A DNA stretch of 64,000 nt from positions 496,001 to 560,000 of the forward strand of contig OZ251226.1 in the NCBI GenBank assembly GCA_965240325.2. Direction: 5' to 3'. The DNA is from Rebecca billardiae RCC1528 (Eukaryota; Protista; Haptophyta). A program made the translations under genes and the position numbers. The notes below the pieces were generated by a model, which saw nothing but the letters and a program-made list of their open reading frames with translations, did no database searches and had not been told where the DNA came from. The number at the start of each line of letters is the position of its first letter. Position 1 is the stretch's first letter. Positions 1 to 12,800 of this stretch are shown piece after piece.

Positions 1-3000
1 CGCTCGGCTCCGCACGCGCATCGGCGGCCAGTGCGCGCGCGCGCACGCGCCGCCTCCGTCGGCGCGCGCCCGGCGCTGGAGCTCGCTCCGGGCGCGGACG
101 GCGACGGCGCGGGCGCCGGCAGCGGCGGCGGCGGCGCGGAGGCAACCGGCGGCGGGCCTGCCAGCGGCGCGGCGTCCGCGCGGCTCCGTCGCGCGCCGCT
201 CGCCGGCGTGCCGCGCGAGCGCGCCCGCGCCTCCGTGTCCGCGCGCCCGCGCCCGCCGACCGCCGCCGCCGCCGCCGCCAGCCGAGCGCCGCCGCCGCCG
301 CGCGCGCCAGACACGTCCGCACGAGCGAGCTCTCTCGAGCGCGCGCGGCCGGCGCGCGCGCTCACGCGCGAGGAGCGGGCGGAGGCGCGGGCGTACATGG
401 CGAAGCAGCGCGCGCGCCTGCGGCGCGGCGAGCCGCCCACCGCCGCCGCCGAGGGCACGGCCGCAGACCTCAAGTTCGCCACGCAGTCCGACGCCCTCGT
501 CGAGGCGCTCCCGCCGCCGCGCGCTCGCACGCCGCCGGCGCCGGGCATGCGGCGGCGCGGCGCGCCGAGTGCGCGGCCGAGCGGGGCCGACGCCGAGGGC
601 GTGGACGGTGCGGCCGCCGAGCTGGCGGCGCCCACGGGGCTGCTGAGCGCCGCGCTCGCCGCCGACATTGTCGCCTCCGCCGCCGCGAGCTCTGCGGAGA
701 CCCCCGCGGCCACGGCAGCGGCCGACGGCGGCGTCAGCGCGGCCGCCACTGCTGCGTCGGCGCCGGCCGCACCGGAGCTGCGTCCGGGTGACGTCCTCCC
801 AGCCGCGGGCGATGGCGCGGGCTCGGCCGCGCCGCGGGCGCCGATCGACGCCGCCGAGCCCGTCGCGCCCAGCTCGGCCGCCGCCGATGCCGCCCCCGAG
901 CCGGCGCGCGCGCGAAGCGCCGACCCGGCCGCGTCCGCGCCGCGCGCGCGCTCGCGCGGCCGCCGCGCTGCTCGCGCTGCGGATGTGCTGCCGCAGCGGG
1001 ACGAGGGCCTGCCCCCGCGGCGCGCGCGGCCGCCCGAGGAGTCGGCGAGGATCGCGGCCTTCATGCGCAAGCAGCGCCTCGACGCGCGCCGCGGCGCCGC
1101 GCGCAAGGCCGAGGCCGAGCGCGAGCTCGCCGCCGAGCGCGCCGCGCAGCTCGCCAGCCTGCGCCACTTCTCGGAAACTTCGCGGCGCGAGTTCGTCGCG
1201 GCGCGCGAGGAGCGCGAGCGCGCCGCGCTCGCGGAGGCGCACGCGCCCGGCGCGGAGGCGCCCGGCGCGGCGGGCACGGGCGGCGGCGCCGCGCGGCCGA
1301 CCGCGCCGGCGGCGCCGCCCAACCCTGGGCGCGTGCGCACCGCGCAGCGCGCGCCTTGGTCGCAGGAGTGGGAGGGGGCGCCGCCGCTGCCGCCGCCGCC
1401 CGCCGCCGGCCGCGGCGGCGCGGCGGGTGGGCGGCGTGCGGCGGACGGCGCAGAGCGCCGGCAGCCGTCGAGGCACGCGCAGGCCGAGCAGGCGGCGGCG
1501 GCGTACGCGGCGGCGCTGGCGCAGAAGGACGCGGCCGCGGACGCGCGCGTGGCCAGCCGCTACGAGCGCGTGCGCGCGCTGGCGAGCGCGCAGCGCGAGG
1601 CCGCGCGGCGGCACGCGCGGCGGCGGCAGCAGCGCAGCCTCGGCGGCAGCCGACGCGGCTCGGCGCACGACGCGGCGGCCGGCGGCGCCGCGCGGCCCCA
1701 GGGCAAGCGCGCCGCTCTGGAGCCCGCGGCCGCAGGGCTGGGCGCCGACGACTCGGCCGCGAGCGCGCCGCCCGTGCGCGCGGGTGCGGCCGCGCATGCC
1801 GACGGGGACGAGGGCGCGGCGGCGGCGCTGGGCGCCCCGGCGGACACGGGCGAGGAGGGCGCAGAGGCGGCGGAGGCGCAGCGGCCGGGCGCGCGCGCGG
1901 TGCGCGCCGCCTCCGCCGACGCCCGCCCCCCGAGCTTCGCGGCCGCGGCCGCGGCCGGCGTCGTCATTGGCGGCACGGGCGGCGGCGGCGGCGCTGACGA
2001 CACCGCTGATGACTTGGACGCGGACGTCGACCTGAGGGCGGCGCGCGCGCGCGGCGCCGGGCCGCCGGGCGCGGCGGAGGGCGCCGCGGGCGCGCGCCTG
2101 CCCGGCGCCGCGCCCGGCGCCGCGCCCGGCCTCGCCTTTGAGCTCCGCGAGATTGGCCGCGAGATCGACACCGCCGTCGCGGCGGCGGCCATGCTGACGG
2201 CAGGCCCGCCGTCAGCAGACGAGCGGAGTGCTACTGCCCTCGGCTCACCGGCCAGCTTTGCGAGCGCGCCCGAGTCGCCGGGCGCGGACGCGGACGCCGA
2301 CGCCGACGGCGCGGGCGGCGCGGCAGCCGACTCCGCCGCCCTGGCGCAGCTGCGCGCGCAGCGCACCGCACTCGACGCGCGCGCGGCGCGGCTGGCCTCC
2401 GAGCAGCCGCTCAGAGGCGCGCCCGGCGCCGAGCTGTCGCCCGGCGCGGCGGCGTGGGAGCCTGACCCGATCGCCGCCCTGCTCGCCAGCTCCGCGCTCG
2501 AGCTCGCGCACCACCGCCGCACCAGCGCTGCGGGCGGCAACGCGGACTCGGAGGCGGCGGAGGACGCGGCGGGCGCGGAGGCGGCGGGTCCGCTCGCTGC
2601 AGACCGATACTCCGTCTCGCGTCTGCTCGAGCGCGCTGAGCGGCGGCGGATGGCGCGCGAGGAGGCGGCGCGCGGCGCGCGCGCGCTCGACGCGCCGCGC
2701 CGCGCCGACGCCGACGCTGATGCCGACGCTGATGCCGACGCCCCGGGCCGGCGCGGCGGCGGCCTCGGACGCCCGGGCGACGGCGACGCCCCCTCGAGCG
2801 CGCTGCTGGCCGCGCGCATCGCGGCCGCGGACGCGCGCGCGGCCGACGCGCACCTCGACGAGGTGGGGCGTGCGTTCGAGTATTTCGACGCGGTGACGGC
2901 GCACGTGATCGAGCAGGCGCCGCGCGCGTCCGACGGGCGCGCGGCCGCCGCGGCGCGCGCGCTCGAGGGGCGGCTCGCGAGCGGCGTGGACGGCCTCGGC

Positions 3001-6000
3001 GGCGCGCCCGCGCCGCCGCCGCCGAGCCACGTTGTGCCGCGCCGCGCCGGCCTCGGCGTAGGCGGGCAGGGCGGGCAGTCGCTGCTGGAGCCGCCCAGCC
3101 GCTGGGCGGCCGCGCTGCGCGCGGAGGAGGCGGCGGAGCGCGCGCCGCCGAGCGCGGGCTCGCCCGGCGGGCGCGCCGTGGCGATTGCGGGGCAGATCTC
3201 GCAGCTCGTGGCCTCGGGCGGCGGCGGCGACGACGACGGCGAGGGTGCGGCGCGCGAGGCAGGGCAGCGTGCGCTTGCGCGCGCAGATGCCACGCCGGCC
3301 GGCGCCGGTCAGGCGACGCGCGCGCAGCTGCCGACGCGCGCCGCGGCCGACGCTGCCGCGGCGGCCGGCGGCGGTGGCGGCGGCGCGGCGCGCAAGAGCG
3401 CGCGCGAGCTCTCCGCCGCGCTGCTCACCGAGGTCTCCCGCCTCGGCGCGCTCACGGAGGCGGAGGCGGAGGCGGACGCGATGGCCGCCGAGCTCAGCGC
3501 AGCCGCCGCCCCGCCGGAGCGCGCCGAGCGCGGCCGCGCGCTCGAGCACGCGGCCGCGCGCCACAGCGCAGAGTCGGAGGCGAGGCTGCGTGAGCGGCTG
3601 CCGGGCGGCGGCGAGGGCGCGGCGGGCGGCGTGCTCGGCGCGCTCGAGGCGGCGCAGCGCGAGCACACCGACGAGATGCGACGGCTGGCGGCCGCACTGG
3701 CGCACACGGTCGCGGGCGCGCGCACCGAGCACGCACAGGTGTTGGCGGGCGCGGCGGCGCGCGGCGCGGTCGGCGCGTGGCCGCCGCCGCTGGGGCCGCC
3801 GGGGGTTCGGGAGGCGGGCGCGATGGGCGCTGCCGTGGCGGGCGCCGACGCGTCGAGTGCGCTCCCCTCGCCGTCGGCGCGGCCCATGCCGCCCGCACCC
3901 GTCGACCTCGGGGCCGCCGCCGCCCACGGCGCGCTGGGGGCGCGCTCGCCGCGCGCGCAGCCTGACAGCGGCGCGGCGCCGACGGCGGCGCCGGTGCCGC
4001 GCTGGGCGGCGGGCGTGGAGACGTGGCGGGCTTCGAGCAGCGAGAGCTCGGCGCCGCGCACGCCGCCCTCCGCGGGCTCCTCCCCGCGGCTCCTCCCGCT
4101 GCCATCGCGCCCGCCGCCCGCCGCCCGCGCTGCCGCCGACCGCCTCGACCGCGCGCCACAGCACGGCGCGGCGCACGGCGCGCCGCCACCGCCGCAGCCG
4201 GCGCAGCAGCCGGCTGAGCAGGAGGAGTCGGTGCTGGCGCGCTCGATGCGCGCGGTGGAGGCGTTCAAGCGGGACGACGCGGCGCGCGCGGAGTGGCAGC
4301 TGCACCTGCTCGAGCTGCGCGAGGCCGCCGCGCACAGCCGGTACGAAGCGGACATGGAAGTGGCGCGCGCGATCGGCGCGGCCGACGACGATGGCGGCGG
4401 AGGCGGCGGAGGCGGCGGAGGCGAGGGCGCGGCCGGCGGCGGCGGCGCGGGCGCGCGGCGCGAGCGCGCGGCGCTCGCGGCGGAGAAGGCGACGATCCGC
4501 CTCGCCGCCGAGCGCGCGCGCGTGTCGCGGCTGCGCGCGGACCTCGTGGCCAACTCGGCCGCGGACGCGCTCGCGGGCGTGCGTCACGCGGAGAGGATCG
4601 CTAGCCTGCACTCGGCGGCGCAGAGCGCGCGCGAGCGCGCGGCGCGCGAGGCGGCGCGGCGGCGCGAGGCCGCGCGCCGCGCCGCCGCGCCCGCGCGCTC
4701 GCCGCCGCCGAGCAGCCGGCCGAGCAGCGAGGCGAGCAGCGCGCGCGCCCTCTCCGCGCGCGACGACGACGTCTCTCCGCGCGACGACCACGCCGACGGC
4801 CGCGCCGCCGCGCCCGCCCTCGGCGCCGAGCCGCACACACTCGACCACCTCGTCGATCTGGAGGTCGATGCGGAATTGCATGCGCGCGCAGAGCGCGGCG
4901 CGCGCGCGCTCGACGCCGAGGGCGAGGGCGAGGCGGAGGAGGCGCAGCCGGGCGCGGCCGAGGCGGCGAGCGGCGCGGCGGCGCGCGCGCTCGAGCTCGC
5001 CATCGCCGCGGACGGCGCGCGCGCCGCCTCCGCCGAGCGCTCGCAGCTCGACGCGGCGCGCGCCGCGGCCGAGGCGGCGCGGATGCGGCGCGTGGCGGCG
5101 GTCGCGCGGCAGGAGGCGCTGGCGGACGAGCTGCTCGAGAAGAAGCGCGCGCTGGTCGACGAGTACAAGGCGGCGATGCTCTCGCGCGCCGAGGCGCACG
5201 CCGCCCTCCGCCTCCGCCTCGCGCAGCACGACGCCGACGCCGACGAGCCCGCGCGCGCGCGCCGCGGCCCCGGCGCAGACGACAGCGGCGGCGGCGGCGG
5301 CGGCACCGACTCGATCGAGGATGAGGTGTCGGCGGCGGGCGGCGGCGGGCTCGAGGGGTCGGGCGCGTCGGACATCTCGACGGAGGCGGAGGGGAGCATC
5401 CCCGACGCCTCCTCGCTCGCGCCGCGCCGCGCCGACCCCGCGCACGAGGCCGACCTCGCCGCGCTGCGCCGCCTGGTCGACGGGGCGTCCGAGCGCGCGC
5501 GCTCGCTCGTCGGCGCGGGCGGCGCGCCTGCCCGCGGCAGCGCCGCGCTCGCCGCGGAGGAGTCGGCGCTGAAGCGCGAGCTGCTCGCGCTGAACATCGT
5601 GCTGGCCAAGCTCTCGGCGCGCGCGCGGCGCGGCTCCGCCGCCTCCGCCGCCTCCGTCGACGACGCCTCCTCCGTGCGCGAGCAGGACAGCGCGCTCGAA
5701 GACTCGCGCGGCTGGGGCGGCTCCGATCTCGCGTCCGAGATCGGCGAGGACGAGGGCACCGCGGTCGCGCTCGCGCGCAGCGCGGCGTCGTCGGGCGCGG
5801 GCTCGTCGATCCACTCGTCGCCGCTCGGCTCGGCGCGCGGCGGCTCGCTCGTCGGCTCGCAGGCCGGGAGCGCCTCCGAGGTGCCCTCCGCCGAGCTCGA
5901 GTCCGGCGCTCTCTCTGGGCTCGAGGCGAGCGGCGCGCTCGCCGTCGACGACGAGATTGAATCTCCCGGCGCACCCTCCGCGGCCGGCTACGGCTCCGCG

Positions 6001-8772
6001 ACGTTCGCCTCGGCGATCGACGACGCGATCGGCTCGGCGCCGCCCTCCGCGCTGCCCACGCCCCGGCGCGACGCCGCCGCGAGCCGCAGCGGCTTCGTCA
6101 GCGAGGTGCCCTCCGCGCCGCCGTCAGCGCTGCCCACGCCGCGCCGCGACGGCGGCGGCGCGGGCCGCGGGTTTGGCGGCGCGCTGGGCGCGTCCGCGTC
6201 CGCGGTGCCGTCGGCGCTCGGAAGCCCCGAGCCGATCGGCGCGAGCTCGGCGGTGTCGATCGCCTCCGCCTCGGGACTCGGGCTCTCGCGCACCGCGCCC
6301 TCCGCCTACGCCTCCGACGCCTTCGAGGCCGACTCGGCCGAAGCGTCTGCCGCGGTGGCGGCGGCGGGCGGCGGCGCGCCCGCGCAGCGGCGCTCGCAGC
6401 TCGCACCGCCCGGCGGCGCGCGCGCAGGCGCGGCCGCCGACGCCAGCACCTCCGCGCTCTCGATCGCGAGCGCGAGCGGCTTCGGCGGCGGCGCGGCGTC
6501 GGAGCAGTCCAGCCCGTCCGCCGCCGGCAGCTCGCAGCTCGCCGCCGCGGCGGTGCTCGTCCCACCGCCAGTCCCGGCGCGCGGCGCCGCGCCCGCGGCG
6601 CGCGCGGCCGGCTCGGGCGCCGGCGCCGGCGCGGCCGGCGCAATCGACAGCGACGAGGAGCTGATCGAGGACGAGGTGGGCGAGCTCTCGGCCGAGTCGG
6701 CGGTAGGTGAGGCGGACCAGTCGTACGTGGCCGTCACCGCCGCCGAGCGCGCGCTCGCGCAGCAGCAGCAGCACGCGGAGGCGGAGGCGGCGCGCGCCGC
6801 CGGCGCGGCCGGCGCGGCCGGCGCGACCGAGCCATCAGCATCGCTCTCAGTCGGCGGCGTGCAGAGTGGTGCGGACGAGCTGAGCGCTGCCGAGGTGGCC
6901 TCTGCCGCCGACGGCGCGAGCGGCCTGTACTCGGACTCGTTCGTCCCGCCGAGCGAGATCTCGATCTCCCGGCGCGAGCTCCCGCCCGACGAAGCCGCCA
7001 GCCCGAGCCCCGCCTCGCCGCGCGCGCGCCGCTCGCTGCTGCCGCCCGTTGCGGCGTCGGTTGCGCGCCGCGCGGCCGCGGCGGGCTCGGCCGCGGCGGA
7101 GGAGGAGGGGCAGTCTTACGACGACAGCTTTGCCTCGTTCGTCTCCTCCGGCGCGCCCTCGCCCGCGCCCGCGCTCGCGCCCGACGCGCCGGCGCCCGCC
7201 GCCGGTGCGGACGTGCCGGCTGAGGCCGAGGTGCGCGCACACGCGCGCGCGCGCACGAGACGCGCGCGCGCACGATGCGCGCGCGCGCGCGTGTGCGCGC
7301 GCGCGCGCGTGGCAGACCACGGCACACGCCCTGCGCTGGGGCGCGGCGCGCGCCCACGCGCCGCTGCACGCTCTCACGCCCGCGCATATCCGCCCCGCGC
7401 GCTCTTCACGCCCGCGCGCAGCCGGCGCCGGCGCCGGCGAGTGCGTCTGCCATCGTCGCCGGGGCGACGGCTGCGCAGCGCGAGCGCGCGGCCGAGCTGA
7501 GCGAGATGCTGATCGACGATCTCGCCGCGGAGATCGCGGCGCTGATGAGCGCGATCGGGGACGCGACAGGTGCGCGCGTGCGCGGCGTGGCATGCGCGGC
7601 GGCGGGGGGCGGCTGCCGTGCGCCTCGGGGCGGCGTGCGCGGCCGCGAGACGCCGCCGTCTCACCGACTGGCGGCCGTGTCTGCGGCGCGGCACTCACGG
7701 GCTGACACTTGTTCTCCTCCGCCCCCCTCCGCCCCCCGCCGCGGTCTCCGTGGCTGTGCGGCTGTGTGCTGTGCCCACCTGCGCGCTCGGACGGGCCGGG
7801 CCGCGCGTCCCCCCCTGCCGTGCGCCGCGCGCAGTCAAGCGCCGAGCCGCAGAGGCGGCGGCGCCGCGCGTGGCCGTGCCGCCGCCTCCGCAGCCGCCAC
7901 CGCCGCCTGTGACCACCACGCACGGCGCCGCGGTCGAGCTGGCCGAGCCTCCGCTGTACAGCTCGCCGCCGGTGTCGCCCAAGGCCGTCAGCCCGTCCGC
8001 GCCATCGGCGGACAGCTTCGGTGGCGCGGCGGCCGCGGCAGCCGGCGGCGCAGCCGCTGCGGCGGGCGGCGCGGCGGACGGCGCGCCGCCCTCGCCGCCC
8101 GCCTCCACGGCTGCAGACGCTCAGCAGCAGGGGCACACGCTGGGCGCGCACTCGCCGGACGCGCACGCCGCGCACGCCGTGCAGCAGGCAGCCGTCGAGA
8201 TCCCGCCGTCGCCCGCGCACCCGCCCGCACGCGCGCACGAGACGCTCGCCCCGGAGCGCATCGAGGCCCTCGTGCAGCGCTCGCTCGGCCTCGGCGGCGC
8301 GGACGGCGGCGCGGCCGAGCGCGCGCCGCCGCTGAGCGCGCTGGAGCGCGTGGTGCTGGACTCGAGCCGCGAGGTGATGCGCGAGCCGCCGCCGGGCCAG
8401 CCGCTCACGCCGGTGCCCACGCCGAGCGCGGCCGAGCCGGCGGGAGCCGCCGCAGCCGGCGCGCTCCCACTGCGCGCGAGCACCGCAGCCGGCGCATTTC
8501 TGGAGCGGCGGCAGCGCGTCGCCTCCGCGCGCGCGTACATCGCTGGGACGCTCGGCGCCGTGGCCGAGCTCGGCGCGATCGGCCACGTCTCCGCCGAGCC
8601 GGAGGAGCGGCTGCCCGCGGTGCAGGCGGACCTGCACGAGATCGAGCGGCTGATCGAGGCGAACCAGCTCGACGACATGCGCCAGGTGGTCGCCGAGCTG
8701 AGCAACGGCCTGTTTGACGCCGTGCTCGAGGAGACGGTCGACGTGCTGCGCGAGCTGCGACGACTCGGCTAG
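1..8772 (+). CDS. Large low-complexity coiled-coil protein, CEP350/CAP350-like, with a DUF4378-like C-terminus; 5' end lies upstream of the window
   Basis: Frame is open from base 1. Exons <1-7230, 7422-7569, 7835-8772; GT..AG introns 7231-7421 and 7570-7834 join the frames correctly. Segments IAAFMRKQR..AERELAAERAAQLASL, AVEAFKRDDAARAEWQLHLLELREAA..EKATIRL and C-terminal VVAELSNGLFDAVLEETVDVL resemble CEP350 blocks as I recall them. Confidence 0.6.
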
Positions 8773-8875
8773 CTTAGCTTTGTAGCGTCCAGGTCCAGTC
8801 ATCCGCTGGGCCGCCGGTGTCGGTGAGCCGCAGGCGCAGTTGTTCAGCGCATATGCGCGCGCGTGTGTGTGTTGT

Positions 8876-8945
8876 AATACTACTACTACTAAGTACTAGA
8901 ATTAACATAGTAGTAAGCTAGTAGTAGTAGTACTAAATAGTACAA
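8876..8945. repeat. AT-rich imperfect (TAC/TAG)n simple repeat
   Basis: tactactact...tagtagtaagctagtagtagtagtac visible just downstream of the first gene. Confidence 0.6.
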
Positions 8946-8951
8946 TACACT

Positions 8952-10880
8952 CACAGTGAACAAAAACGGGATTATCGTTACCGTAACCCGTCCGACACGA
9001 GCCGATTTTCGGGGAATTTCTCGCGCGGGCCGCACGAGCGCACAGACGGCGCTACGGTGGTCGCGCAGGCGCCTGGCGAGTGCCCCGGGCATGGGACTGC
9101 AACATCCCACCCAGCCTCCCCATCCCTCCGCCCCTCTCTGCCTCGCCGGGTTGCACGCGGCTGGCCGGTCACGTAGCTCGTGGTGAGCCATTCGTGAGCG
9201 TGGAGCCCTGCTGCTCAGTGCGGCGATGCAGCGAGGCGAAGCGGCGCGTAAGATGGCGCATCTTACTCCGAATGCAGTCTGCTACCAGCACAGCCGCCCT
9301 CGCCGGAGTGCCTGGTCGTCACCTTCGTCGTGTGCACGTGTCGCGCGCTGCCCATCAACGAGCGATCGTAAGCCTTCTCCGGAGCCATTCAAACACGCTC
9401 GTCCTCGACGATGCGTGCGCGAGGCACCGCGCGAGCGCGGGAGCGGCCCTTCCTAGCGTAGACCTGCACGGCCATCCACCTCGCCACAGCCTGCCATGTC
9501 ACATTCCTCCCCACACACACTGCTCGCGTGCCGCGTGCCGGCCGGTCGACTAGCCAGACAGAAGGGTGCACAGATATTTTCGACTGCGAGGAGACGGCGG
9601 CGAGCACAGGCGCGCAGCGCCGTCCCGCGCTTCATTGGGATGTTCTAGACCAGTCGCGCGCCCGCGGCACCGCACCCGCCCTCTCTGCGTCGCGTGCCAC
9701 TCCACACCGCGCGCGTGGCTCTCGACGTGTACGTCGAGGCCATCTTGCGGCCGATTCGTACCCGCATGTATTCAACAAATACGACAAATCGCCGAGCTGA
9801 ACGCACCTCGTCGCGCGATGGCATGGTCGCGCTGTTGGACGTCGCTCGCCGCAGGAAATTCGGTACGCGACGAGAGCACGGCGCACGCGCACGGCGCGGC
9901 GTGGGAGGCGGGGCGGTGGTGTCCTCGAGCCATCCCGCCCACGCCGCGGTGCGCCAGCCGCCACCTCGCCGCGCCGTGGCCCATGCCGCGCGGCAGGTGT
10001 CGACCAGATCGACCTTGCCGCCCAAAAGAGGGCCGCACCGGAAATTCTGTATTTGTTGAATACGGACTTACCCATGTGCCCGCGGTGCGGCGGCGCCCGC
10101 GGCGGCGGCATGGCGCGGCGGCGGCGGCGCGGGCAGCCTGACGGGCCAGATAAGGCGCGCCAGGTCGGGGCGATCGTGATGGGATGGTTCCATACGCATC
10201 AGTGCGTGCTCCTGTGCATCTCAAGAGCGCGCTGGGCGCCCTCTCTCGCGCCTATGCCCATCCCACGCGGTCTGAGAAGCCTCCCGGTTTGGCCATTGTC
10301 GTGCCGTGCTCGGTCGTGGCTGCCCGGCGGGTCGGAGAGGTCGAGGCGAGCCGGGTCGTTCGCGACGGACGATGCCTATGGGTCATGGCGAGTGCCAGCA
10401 CGCAGCTCGGGCGCGCGCCCGGCGCCTCCTCGCCGCGCTACATCCACACCAAGATCTGGCCCAAAAACAGGCTTCAAGAGCGAAACTCAGTCTGGGAGCT
10501 GCTCAGGCCGCTGTGTGCGGTTTGAAAGCGTACAAACTTGTGGAGCGGGTGCCCACATGGGTTGAGCACAATGCTATAGAGCGTTTTTCCGCGAAACACC
10601 ACTTCCTCGCCTCTCCGCGCGCGTGCCGTGCGGCTCCCGTGAACTCATCTTAACAGGTCACGTGTGGCCGCCCGTGGGGCGAGGGTGGGCGAGGAGGGGC
10701 GGGCGAGGGTGACGCCGCCCCGAGGAACCGCCTTGGCAAGCCGGCCGACGCCTCGCAGCCCCCCTCGCGGCAGTCATGCGCGCACGCCCGCCGCTCGGAG
10801 CGCGCCATCGATTCGAATGGGCGTGCGCACGACCGACCATGCTCAAACGGCTTCCGGCCCGATCTTTCTCCACTGTGCGC
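8952..10880. mobile_element. Possible degenerate DNA-transposon remnant(s)
   Basis: Lower GC and no coherent ORF. CACAGTG at 8952 and CACTGTG at 10871 have weakly similar flanks; internal 15-bp inverted repeat at 9768-9782/10049-10063. No target duplication or transposase motif seen. Confidence 0.25.
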
Positions 10881-11492
10881 GGCGCGAAGTGCCGCGAACG
10901 GGGCATGAAAAAAATTCCAGCGCATCCCCACTGGGCGGAAGTGCTGCTGTACTTGTAGCATCTTGGAACAACTCAACAAGGCTTGGAGTTGGATGGAGCC
11001 TTGGTCTTGGAAGCCCCCGCCTTGTTGTGCAGTTGGTTTGGTGGGTCTGGCGCGAAGCTCACAAGGGGTCCGCAATGTACTGGAGACGCAAGCGCTGTGC
11101 AAATTAAGCAAATCCAGCCGCAGAATCCGGAGCAGCAGGACTCAGAGCCCAGAGCTCAGCGATTATCGCCCCAAGCAGCAGGCACGAGGTTGCCGCAAAT
11201 GGCGGCACGCAGCGCCGCAGCAGCAAAGGGCATTCATTGTGGCAAATCAACGTCAGCGCGGCAAACACGTCGCAGCCGCAAGTACCCTGGTGGCACAGTG
11301 GGCTGCAACCACTCGGGCCTCCTCTTGGAGGTATCCCAACTGTCGACGACGTCGCCGATCTGGTGACTGCGTAGCAGTGGGCATAACATACTACATCGTC
11401 ATATATTACATTGGCATTGCCGATCATGCGGCGAACAAGGAACAAGGACCGCTTGCGCCGGCTGGGGCACCCGTATACCCGTCCCCCTGATC

Positions 11493-12048
11493 ATGGCGCC
11501 CCGCCTGCTCACCCCGCTCAGCGAAGACGCACTTGTGCGCGCCACAAGGCGAGAGCCAAGCGTGGCGTGTGGCGAGTGCATGTTACGCTCACATGAGACA
11601 CTGCGTGCGCCGTCGCTGCGTGGCGCCGTGGCGCTCGTCTCGCAGGATCAGGCCATCAGCAGCGACCAGCTCACCCTGGTCGTCTTCACCGCACCGCCGT
11701 GCGGCTGGCCATGCGACGCGATCAGGCATCGACTGCCCACTCTCGAGCACAAGTACCATGGGCTGGTCGACATGTATGAGTTCAGTGACGTGCGTGCACA
11801 TTCACCGCCGTCGTTCGCCGTGCACGCGCGTCTCGCGATTCCCGTAACGCACCCTCGTGCGCGCATCCCGCCCTGGCGCCCAACAGGAGGACGGCTCGGT
11901 GGCGGGGAAGTATGGCATCACCTCGGCGCCCGGCACCACCTTCTTTCAGAATGGTCGGGTGCTTGATCGCGTGATCGGCTATTGCGAGACACCACGCCTC
12001 AATGTCCTCGAGCAGATCGACGCAAAGCTTGCGGACTACACGCACTGA
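11493..12048 (+). CDS. Thioredoxin-fold protein (~115 aa) with atypical APPCGWPC active site
   Basis: Exons 11493-11534, 11646-11789, 11887-12048 (two phase-0 GT..AG introns). Product: MAPRLLTPLSEDALDQAISSDQLTLVVFTAPPCGWPCDAIRHRLPTLEHKY...VAGKYGITSAPGTTFFQNGRVLDRVIG..., which has the usual Trx layout including the cis-Pro motif (YGITSAP). Confidence 0.85.
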
Positions 12049-12195
12049 CTGAGCGCGGCACGACGCGTTCCGACGACCAAGTCGTGACGTGAGCTGCGAG
12101 GCCGCGACCACGCCCACAGGGCGAGCTCGCATGCTGTTCATCTATATATATAGCAGATCGTCACTCATCAGCGCAGCGTTCATCCGATGAGTACT

Positions 12196-12498
12196 GGGCA
12201 CCGTCGTCGGCTATGATCAAACGGTTGGTCTTGAATCGCGTGATAATTGCTGGCGGAGTCACTGTCAGGCTGAGGCTTCCGTCGCATGGCAGATGTGAGA
12301 TGGCTACGCGGCCCGATGCCGATGGCGATGCCGATGGCCGATCAGCCGCATCAGGCCAGGGCACCGTCGTCGGCTATGATCAAACGGTGGTCTTGAATCG
12401 TGAGAATTGGCGGAGTCACTGTCAGGCTTCCGTCGCATGGCTACGCGGCCCGATGCCGATGGCGATGCCGATGGCCGATGATCAGCCATCAGGCCAGG
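12196..12498. repeat. Imperfect tandem duplication (two copies, ~164 and ~140 bp)
   Basis: gggcaccgtcgtcggctatgatcaaacgg...gagtcactgtcaggct...gatgccgatggcgatgccgatggccgat...catcaggccagg starts at ~12196 and again at ~12359, with indels. Confidence 0.85.
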
Positions 12499-12800
12499 AA
12501 CCCGCCCGGGATCGGGGATGCGCCGCTATCGTGGCCGACTAAGCGCGCTGGCGGTAGGGTCCGCAAGAGGCCCACGAGCTGAAGCGCGCGCGGCACTCGC
12601 CGGCGAATCCACGATCCGCCACGAATGGGGCCAAAACGGATGCAGCGGTGGCTGAGAGCTCGAGGCTGCGGCCTGTGCGGAAGGGCCAACGTGGTGGCCA
12701 GCTCGCGAGTGGTCGCGTCCGTGCCTGCATTGTGCCCGCGGTGTCAGCTACTGCACCGTGGGCTGTCCTAATGGGCTCCGACGAGCGTGCGGTGTAAGGC

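Noticed and set aside
8952-8968. Functional V(D)J recombination signal
   Set aside because: Heptamer and nonamer-like tract are 1 bp apart rather than 12 or 23; kept only as a possible transposon end.
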